A stretch of 28,664 bases of DNA from Calditrichia bacterium (GTDB taxonomy: Bacteria > Calditrichota > Calditrichia > RBG-13-44-9): contig JARRQT010000043.1 of assembly GCA_037381445.1 (NCBI GenBank), positions 1 to 28,664 of the forward strand. The letters are read 5' to 3'. Shown here in pieces: positions 20,964-28,664 of this stretch. Positions within the stretch are counted from its first letter, which is position 1; each line of letters begins with the position of its first letter. The notes below the pieces were generated by a model. The model was not told the origin of the DNA. It made no database searches and saw only the letters and a list, made by a program, of their open reading frames with translations. The position numbers and the translations under genes were made by a program.

Positions 20964-21578
20964 TTAAACTGCACCTTTTGGTTCATTTTCAAATAAAAAC
21001 TTTAAATCTTCCTGTAGCTTCAAACGGCCTCTATTTACACGTGATTTTACTGTACCCAACGGAATGTTCAATATTTGACTGATTTCCTCATATGCAAAAC
21101 CTTGCACATCTCTCAAAATAATTACTTCTTTAAACTTTGGCGGCAATTTCTCAATTGCCTTCTGAATTATATCTTCCTTTATCGTTCCATCTACTTTTCG
21201 TTCCGGATTATGTTCCTTATCCGGAATATCATAGTCTCTCTCTTCATTTACAAAATTACTGACCGAAAATACTTTATGCCGTTTCCGTCTTCTGAGTTCC
21301 GTCTTTGCTAAATTTCCTGCAATGGTATATACCCACGTGGAAAATTTGGCTATCTCTTTATAATAATGCTTGTTCCGGTAAACTCTTAAGAATGTCTCCT
21401 GAACTATATCTTCTGCATCAGAGCGGTTCCCAACAAAACGATAAACAAAATTTAATAGCTGGTCTTTATATCTACGAACCAAGGTGTCGTAGGCTTGAAC
21501 ATCACCTTGCTGGAACCTTGCGATTAGCTGTTCATCTGTTACGACTGCCTTTTTTCTCTCTCTCGTTTTTGTCATCAT
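20964..21578 (-). CDS. ECF sigma-70 factor (RpoE/SigW-like)
   Basis: DAEDIVQETFL, FSTWVYTIA, YEEISQILNIPLGTVKSRVNRGR. Confidence 0.96.
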   Translation of the reverse strand: MMTKTRERKKAVVTDEQLIARFQQGDVQAYDTLVRRYKDQLLNFVYRFVGNRSDAEDIVQETFLRVYRNKHYYKEIAKFSTWVYTIAGNLAKTELRRRKRHKVFSVSNFVNEERDYDIPDKEHNPERKVDGTIKEDIIQKAIEKLPPKFKEVIILRDVQGFAYEEISQILNIPLGTVKSRVNRGRLKLQEDLKFLFENEPKGAV

Positions 21579-21611
21579 ATAAAAAACCGAATTTTTTACG
21601 TTAGTGTTTTT

Positions 21612-22655
21612 TCAAAGTTCCGAGTTTTTGTCACTCGAATTTATTATTTGATAACTCAGCATGTCAAGGATTATTTTGGGGTCTGAATTGCTGTTTTTAA
21701 GATTTCTGTCCGCCTCCCTTAACAATCCAAAAACCTGATTTACGTCCCTGACAGCCCACTGCCTGCTCTGTTCTGCATACTCCTGAAAATATTTGGGATA
21801 GATCTTCAATTCTTTGGCAATGCTGTCACTATTGCGGATTCCGGAACGGTAGTACCCCTGTATTTTCCACAATAGAGAAAAATGCCTCAGCAATTGACCG
21901 ATAATCTGCTGGGGCGACACACCGCTGTCCAGAAGATTGTGCAGAACGAAGACCGCTTTCTGTAATTTTCTCTCCCCCATCAAACGATTAAATTCAAATA
22001 CATCCTGCGTAACATAAATCCCTGCGACTTTCTCTATCTCCGCAACATCTATCAACTGCTCGTCACCGAAAAACTGCGCCACATTGTTTATCTGAACCGT
22101 CAAATCCGAAAGCTGTGTTCCTACCATAAATAATAGCAGTTCCAGCGCCTCTTCCGTTATGCGTTTCCCGTATTTCCTGAATTCAGCATGTATGAAATCC
22201 GTAAGATCATTTTTTCGCAGTGAAAGCAGGTTCACCGAAGTCGCATGAGACTCTACTTTTTTTAGACGGGTTTGATTTAAAGAAGTTACAGAGGACTGGA
22301 GTATAAGACATATATCGGAAGAGAGCTTTTCAATCAGTTTTAGGAGCTTTTCGATTTCCGCCTGCTTTAAGGCATCGGTATCCTTCAACAATATTAATTT
22401 ATTTGCGCTGAAAAGTCCCTTTCCGGCACTCAGGGATATGATGGCATCCAAACCGTTTTCATTGGCGTAACGCACAAAAAAATTAAGCTCGGGTTCTGCC
22501 CTGTCGAGGAATTTTGCCTTTATTTCTTTAATCAGATTTTCACCCAGCAGGTATTCCTCTCCGTGAAGCAGATAGACCGGGGCAACCTGGCCTGAATCCA
22601 ACTCTTTCATAACCTGGCTGTAATACATTCTTCTATTTTTAAAGCTTTTTTCCAT
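21612..22655 (-). CDS. holA: DNA polymerase III subunit delta
   Basis: PVYLLHGEEYL, LF...KLILL, DVFEF, L.EADRNLK; typical length. Confidence 0.88.
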   Translation of the reverse strand: MEKSFKNRRMYYSQVMKELDSGQVAPVYLLHGEEYLLGENLIKEIKAKFLDRAEPELNFFVRYANENGLDAIISLSAGKGLFSANKLILLKDTDALKQAEIEKLLKLIEKLSSDICLILQSSVTSLNQTRLKKVESHATSVNLLSLRKNDLTDFIHAEFRKYGKRITEEALELLLFMVGTQLSDLTVQINNVAQFFGDEQLIDVAEIEKVAGIYVTQDVFEFNRLMGERKLQKAVFVLHNLLDSGVSPQQIIGQLLRHFSLLWKIQGYYRSGIRNSDSIAKELKIYPKYFQEYAEQSRQWAVRDVNQVFGLLREADRNLKNSNSDPKIILDMLSYQIINSSDKNSEL

Positions 22656-23208
22656 AAATCAAATTCTTTGTTCATTGGCTGCATATCAACGACTGATGCT
22701 TTGCATAAACGCCGCCGTTTTCTTGAAAATAAAACCGCTGTCGGCGATTGCCGGCGTTCACCGGAATTTCCTTATATCCCCCATTCCTATCAGGAGAACT
22801 CAAATATACGGATAAAAGGAGGGTAATGAAATGGAAAATAGTGCGCATTGTTCATACTTGTTTCCTGAATCGTATATATTTTCAGCGGATATTTCAGGTA
22901 TTATACGGGCTATTATCAGATCACAGGACAATAATAACTTGCAGCAAACAACTTGTGCGCTTCTTCCTATCTCATTCCAAGCAGCATTTGTAATAAAAAC
23001 GGATTCCCTGTCTTTGAATTAAATCTTTTTCCCAAATTGTTGTAATGCCGTTTGTTTGTTTTGTCATCATTTAAACTGGCACCTGCTATTTTCCGCCAGG
23101 CTTTGATGTAATTCCCGGCAATGGAACGATTGCTGATTTTTAAAAATCATAGAAGAATTCATAAAGTTATTTCTATATTGTAAATGGTTAATTATTAAGG
23201 AGAAGGAC

Positions 23209-25204
23209 ATGAAGAAGGTTGCAGTATATTTATTATCTCTATTGTTCGTTGTTCCGCTTTTTGCGCAGAAAAAAGCTTTCACAATTGCTGATCTCTATCA
23301 TATCAAAGGAATCAGTGATCCCCGGATTTCGCCCGATGGAAAAAAGATTGCTTTCGTGGTAACAAAATATTCTCTTGAAGAAGGCAAAAGCAACTCCGAG
23401 ATTTACCTTATGAATACGGATGGGAGCGGCCTCCGTCAACTGACCAGCAATGATGAATCTGATTCTCATCCGCGCTGGTCGCCGGACGGCAAAAGTCTGA
23501 TGTTTGTTTCTTCGCGGAGCGGTAAAGCCCAGGCCTGGATGCTTCCCTTAGATGGCGGAGAGGCAAGACAAATAACCGATTTCTACACCAGCATAAGCAA
23601 TCCGGAATGGTCGCCAAGCGGGAACAAAATCGCCTATTCCGCAAAGGTATTCCCCGAATGCGGATCTAATAGCGAGTGTAATTCGAAAATCTGGGACAGC
23701 CTGGAAAATGGTCCCCTGCAGGCCCATATGGCGGACCACCTGCTCTACCGCCACTGGACAACCTGGCAGGACGGGCGCCGGCCTCACATTCTGATTCATG
23801 ACACGAACACGGACCAAAGAACTGATCTTACGCCCGGCGACTATGACTCCCCTTCATTTTCTCTGGCTGGTGCTACCGGATTTGCTTTCTCTCCCGACGG
23901 GTCGGAAATGTGCTATGTTTCAAATCATGATTCCAATGAAGCAGAATCGACCAACAAAGATCTCTGGCTGGTATCCACCAGTGGCGGAGCCGCCAGGAAT
24001 ATTACCCAGAAAAACAAAGCCTACGATGGAGATCCGGCATATTCGCCTGATGGAAAATACATTGCCTTCCGGATGCAGACCAAACCGGGTTATGAATCGG
24101 ACCTGTTCCGCCTGGCGCTTTATGACCGGAAAACCGGTCAGATCAACATGCTAACGAATGATTTTGATTACTGGGTGGATGATTTTAAATGGGCTCCCGA
24201 TTCCCGCAGCATCTACTTCACAGCAGATTATAGGGGGCATGTCCCTCTTTTCAAAGTTGACCTGAAAACCCAAAAAGTCAGTGAAGTCTTAGATGCAAAG
24301 ACCATCGATAATTTTTCACTGGCCCCCGATGGCAAATGGATCACCTTTACCCGGCGCTCTATCGCAGAGCCAAGCGAGGTTTACCGGGCAAACATTAACG
24401 GGCAAAAACTGACACGACTCACCTTCCTGAATAAGAGCATTGAAGATTCCGTGGATATCCGCCCGGCAGAAGAAATGTGGATTCCTTCCAAAACCGGTGT
24501 AAAAGTCCATACATTCATAGTAAAGCCGCATAACTTCGATCCGAATAAAAAATATCCGCTGATCATCAATGTGCACGGCGGTCCCCAATCCCAGTGGGAG
24601 GATGCCTTCCGGGGCGATTGGCAGGTTTATCCCGGTGCCGGCTATGTACTGGCTTTTCCCAACCCTCATGGCTCAACCGGATACGGACAGAAATTTACCA
24701 CCGAAATTTCCGCCGACTGGGGCGGGCAGGTCTATCAGGATATTATGTCAGTCACGGATTCACTGGCAAATTTGTCGTATGTGGATTCTACCCGAATGGG
24801 TGCGATGGGTTGGTCCTATGGCGGCTACATGATGATGTGGCTGGAAGGTCATACCGACCGATTCAAGGCCATTGTTTCCATGATGGGCGTTTACGATCTG
24901 ACAGCGATGTTTGGCGCCACCGAAGAATTGTGGTTCCCGGAATATGATCTTGGCGGCTACCCCTGGACATCGGAATTATTCCAGAAATGGTCACCTAACA
25001 ATTTCGTTAAAAATTTTAAAACCCCTTGCCAGGTCATCATTCAAAAATGACGGCCACTGGCCCAATTATGTAAAATCAATGCCCTTCTATTATAATGCGC
25101 ACCTTGATTGGTTCCATAAATATCTGGGCGGCGATCCCGCTCCCTGGAACATGGAAAAGATGTGGCGGAACATGGCCTTCACAAAGGAATCTTCACAGGA
25201 GTAG
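23209..25204 (+). pseudogene. Exported S9-family peptidase, interrupted near 25039 (possibly an assembly artefact)
   Basis: Signal peptide, PD40/SPDG propeller repeats, VHGGP, nucleophile GWSYGG. The frame stops at 25050; the C-terminus with catalytic His (FKNDGHWP...WFHKYL) is in the +1 frame, ending at 25204. Confidence 0.85.
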
Positions 25205-25214
25205 AGAATTTAGC

Positions 25215-25240
25215 GGGCGGCTCCCTGGCCGCCCTTTTAT
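25215..25240 (+). terminator. Rho-independent terminator
   Basis: GGGCGGC-TCCCTG-GCCGCCC-TTTTAT after the peptidase stop. Confidence 0.8.
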
Positions 25241-25905
25241 TTCCCCAGATGGTAGCTGATACCGGCTATCAAACGGAGTTCAAATTTGGGCTGATTCACT
25301 GCGTTGTCCGCATCCTGATAGGAATAATCCCGGCGGGGATTGATATTTTCGCCGGATGGGCTATAAGAAGTATCATGTCCATAGAGGACGGACGAAAAGA
25401 AATAGTTCGTACCGGCAGAGAGAACCAGATCGAATTTGCTGCTGATTGAAAAATCCGACTCTACCCCTGTTCCGATTCCCCACAGCCTGCTCGTGACGTC
25501 GAAATCTTCGTTATTCCCGATAAATTTATAATTTCCCGTGAAGCTGGCATACCTGGGTCCAAAATACAGGTAGATCTCAGAAGCAGATGTGAGCGGGTAC
25601 AGCATATCCAGGGTAAACTGCAAAACGGATCCGTGCTTTTGGATTGTCCCGCCTTGATTGTCATTTATAAAAATCCTCCGCGCTTCGGCCGCATTTCCCG
25701 GGTCCATTGTAGAATATCCCAGTCCAACGCGCGCTCCCAGCGGAAATCCCGCTGCAAAATCATGCGCAGTAACAGAAAGGTTCCATCCCTTCCCGCCGTC
25801 GTGCCCCACTGCCAAAGCGCTGCGGAAATCCGCTGCTTCCGGGCCTGAAACACCCATCATCAGAAGAAGAATGCCTGCCAGTATTAATCTAAATTGATTT
25901 ATCAT
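25237..25905 (-). CDS. Outer-membrane beta-barrel protein
   Basis: GGAGG SD before ATG 25905, signal peptide ending PEAA, alternating strands and terminal AGISYHL. Confidence 0.8.
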   Translation of the reverse strand: MINQFRLILAGILLLMMGVSGPEAADFRSALAVGHDGGKGWNLSVTAHDFAAGFPLGARVGLGYSTMDPGNAAEARRIFINDNQGGTIQKHGSVLQFTLDMLYPLTSASEIYLYFGPRYASFTGNYKFIGNNEDFDVTSRLWGIGTGVESDFSISSKFDLVLSAGTNYFFSSVLYGHDTSYSPSGENINPRRDYSYQDADNAVNQPKFELRLIAGISYHLGK

Positions 25906-26096
25906 AAATCCTCCGTTTTTCGTTCTGCTCATGTTCATCTTTTTGAATACAAATAAAGCGCCAGGCTAAAGCGCGAGGACAAGATACGCAGGTCTTGCTT
26001 TATCATCGACGTACTCACTGTTTATAAATGAATTAGAAGATTGGCTACAAAATTTGATGCTGGCTGAAGGACAATAATAACAGGCAGGGTCATTAA

Positions 26097-26117
26097 AGTG
26101 TGAAACAACTTCACATT
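26097..26117. promoter_or_regulatory. Palindromic putative transcription-factor site
   Basis: TGTGAA-ACAAC-TTCACA at 26099-26115. Confidence 0.5.
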
Positions 26118-26308
26118 ATTTTTATGCATAACGATGAAATAAAAACGCCACAGATTTACAATATCGTAAATAGCAGCAAATTGTGAAGCCGGGAGCTGTT
26201 AAACCAAAAATTAAAATGGAATGGCTGTTTTCGGCAGTTTGTACTTTGTCCGTTTTTGAATGGTGGATGATCGGGAGTGAAAAGCTTTTCAGGGATTTGA
26301 ACAACCTG

Positions 26309-27790
26309 TTATTTCTGTCGACTGACCTTGAAAATCCGGTAAACAAACATTTTCTTCTTCTGCAGATCATCATTATACAACAATGCATTTCTGCCCGGCA
26401 AAGGCTGCCAGGCGGCATTGGCTTTTTCAAGGGCATTATTAAACTGCCATTTGTATCCAAAAGCCCGGCCGTTTAATTTTTTCAATCCGGCATACTGTTC
26501 ATCCGAGAGGTTGTCTTTCAGTACTTTTTCCGGCACCTGGCTCAGATCAACAAAAAAGCTGTCCTTTTTGGCAAACTTGAATATGATATTGAGTTGATTT
26601 TCATCCCAGTCATGATACCGGAGCAGGGTCTGCCGGAACTGGGAAGCGCTGTGGAAATTTTTGTTCTCCAGCTTTTCCAGCGGTATAACCGGAATTTTTT
26701 CCTGCGCAAGCCGTTCGATCACAACCTGGGAAAGATCATAATCAGTCGCATGAACGACTTCCCTTTCAAAGACATTTTGCATGAAGAACAGCATGATAAA
26801 TGAGATGATTCCTGCCACAATGGGCGTAGTGATCCAGCCGGAAGCAATCTTTCCCAGCACCGCATAGTTGATTCCTTTTCCTCCTTTAATCAATCCGATG
26901 CCGATAACCGCACCGATGACCGCCTGAGAACTGGAAACGGGCACCAGCGGAATAGGAGGCAGACCGTGCGCGATCAGCCAAGCTTCAAGTCGCTGCGAAG
27001 CAAAAATAAAGAGGACCAGAGATTCCGATAGAACCGCGATAAGCGCGGTGATGGGAGTGAGCTTATACAATTCATTCCCCACGGTGAGCATCACCCGATA
27101 GGAATAGGTGTAGATTCCAACCGCAATGGCGATCGCCCCAACAAGAAACAATTGCTGGGTTCCGCTCATGGTAAACCATCCGCCCACATTTAAATTTTTA
27201 AAAGGAGCAGCGGGGACAAAAACCCCCATCACATTGGCAATATTGTTCGCGCCAAGACTGTAGGCGCCGAAGGCGCCCACCAGTATCAGGCTGAAGCGCG
27301 TGATGATGTCCAGTTCCAATACGTGGATACGGGTCTTATTGATAAAAAATTTGACGATCTGATAAATGATAATGGCGAAAATAGCTGCCAAAATGGGGCT
27401 GGCGACCCAGGTGGACACAATTTTGGTCAGAGATGTGAAGTCCGTTGGCGAACCCGTGAACAGATTCCAGCCGATAATGCCGCCCACAATGGCCTGCGAA
27501 GTGGAAACCGGCAATTTAAGTCTGGTCATCCAAGTCACCGTGAGGGCAGCCGCCAGTGCCAGCGTAAATGATCCGGCAAGAGCATTGACAGCGCCCAAAT
27601 CACCCAAGGTATCGCTGGCTCCGGCCCCGCTGATGACTGCGCCCAGAATGACAAAAACCCCGGTCACCAAAGCGGCGACCTTGAACTTGACCATCCGGGT
27701 ACCGACGGCGGTACCAAAAATATTGGCGGCATTATTCGCGCCGAGCGACCACCCTAAAAATAATCCGCTGAGAAGATAGAACCAGACCAT
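26309..27790 (-). CDS. pit: PiT-family inorganic phosphate transporter with soluble C-terminal extension
   Basis: Two signature repeats GANNAAN and GANNIAN, PVSTSQ and PVSSSQ, multiple TMs. Confidence 0.93.
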   Translation of the reverse strand: MVWFYLLSGLFLGWSLGANNAANIFGTAVGTRMVKFKVAALVTGVFVILGAVISGAGASDTLGDLGAVNALAGSFTLALAAALTVTWMTRLKLPVSTSQAIVGGIIGWNLFTGSPTDFTSLTKIVSTWVASPILAAIFAIIIYQIVKFFINKTRIHVLELDIITRFSLILVGAFGAYSLGANNIANVMGVFVPAAPFKNLNVGGWFTMSGTQQLFLVGAIAIAVGIYTYSYRVMLTVGNELYKLTPITALIAVLSESLVLFIFASQRLEAWLIAHGLPPIPLVPVSSSQAVIGAVIGIGLIKGGKGINYAVLGKIASGWITTPIVAGIISFIMLFFMQNVFEREVVHATDYDLSQVVIERLAQEKIPVIPLEKLENKNFHSASQFRQTLLRYHDWDENQLNIIFKFAKKDSFFVDLSQVPEKVLKDNLSDEQYAGLKKLNGRAFGYKWQFNNALEKANAAWQPLPGRNALLYNDDLQKKKMFVYRIFKVSRQK

Positions 27791-27811
27791 TTATTTGCGC
27801 CAGCCCCTTCT

Positions 27812-28450
27812 TTACTCATGCCTTTTAATGGTTGCGATAGTGAGCCGGTCGCAGACATCTTCGGCTTCATCGGCAATTCTTTCAATATGATAGGCAAAGT
27901 AGCGCATCTGAACCTGATGACTCAGATCAATTTCCTTTTGGAAAATAATCCTTTTAATTTTTTCAGCAATCTTGTCAGATTCTTTCTCAAAAAAATAGAC
28001 TTTATTGATATAATCGCGCACTGCCCCCAAATCCCTGAAATACTGCCGGATGGCCTTTATCATGCTTTCGGTGGCGGAAGTCGTGGCCCTGGCCAAATCC
28101 AGATATAGGGCATTGAGTTCGGTGAGGAACCCGGGATGCTCCACGGAAAATTCCAGCAGGGTATCGGACGTCATGTTCAGCACCTTGTCTGTGCTTTCCA
28201 GTATTCCCAGAACATCCCCCCGGGATTCCGGAATTAATGTATGGCTGTATACTCTGTTTTCAATGAGCCGGCGCAGGGCATCACCCTTGCTCTCCGTTCG
28301 GCGAAGGTCCTCCATCCGCTGCTCAAACTCGTCCTTTCTGTTCTCAAAATAGAAACGAATGCCTTCCATGAAAAGCATCGCTCCCCGATCCACCAAATCG
28401 AGGTATTCGTCAATTTGAGCTTCCAGCTCTCTGGTTTTTTTAAAAAGCAT
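27812..28450 (-). CDS. DUF47 (PhoU-like) phosphate transport regulator
   Basis: ES..D..RR, IPESRGD, EKESD, IADEAEDVCD; directly upstream of pit; GAGGAG SD. Confidence 0.92.
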   Translation of the reverse strand: MLFKKTRELEAQIDEYLDLVDRGAMLFMEGIRFYFENRKDEFEQRMEDLRRTESKGDALRRLIENRVYSHTLIPESRGDVLGILESTDKVLNMTSDTLLEFSVEHPGFLTELNALYLDLARATTSATESMIKAIRQYFRDLGAVRDYINKVYFFEKESDKIAEKIKRIIFQKEIDLSHQVQMRYFAYHIERIADEAEDVCDRLTIATIKRHE

Positions 28451-28664
28451 GGAATATTTCTCCTCAGTCGTACGCCAGTATAAAATAAGGATGTTTTAAG
28501 GAAATTCAACTAATTCATCCATAATATCCAGTATCGGATAAATCGAGCTGAATTTCAACAAATTTACGAATATTATCGATAAATTCAATTAATAAAACTA
28601 TTAACACGTTTCTGAGCCCGCGATTCGATAAATTATTTTGCCGAAGCCGGCTAATTTCGTTGCA

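Noticed and set aside
23300..24400. Recurrent SPDG-encoding DNA similarity
   Set aside because: Protein-level propeller repeats of the S9 peptidase, not a DNA repeat array or CRISPR.
28451..28664. PHO box upstream of the DUF47-pit operon
   Set aside because: AT-rich, but no convincing 11-bp-period direct repeat was seen.

Overview
Bacterial chromosomal segment, mostly housekeeping; gene content suggests an FCB-group lineage such as Calditrichota (inference only). In order: 3'-truncated nnrD/E, a PdxJ-fold protein lacking its catalytic residues, two paralogous lipoproteins, ligA, nth, an LtaS-family membrane enzyme, an HhH/beta-barrel protein, a minus-strand cluster (CoA-binding protein, small membrane protein, FmdB zinc ribbon), mazG, a split sensor kinase with a sigma-54 activator and a pseudo-receiver, a YhaM-like protein, a metallophosphoesterase, a small Cys-rich basic protein, a GAF-GAF-degenerate GGDEF protein, an ECF sigma/anti-sigma pair, holA, a split S9 peptidase, an outer-membrane barrel, and a PiT transporter with its DUF47 partner. 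The main find is two adjacent candidate selenoprotein genes hidden from the ORF track, each with an in-frame TGA followed by a SECIS-like hairpin: an FmdB protein ending ...HFT-U-G and an unannotated 113-aa membrane protein with LPRLGVPT-U-GANGNYC. Also notable: a readable sigma-54 enhancer/promoter circuit, four apparent pseudo-enzymes, and two apparent internal deletions that may be assembly artefacts. No CRISPR array, rRNA, tRNA or mobile element was seen.
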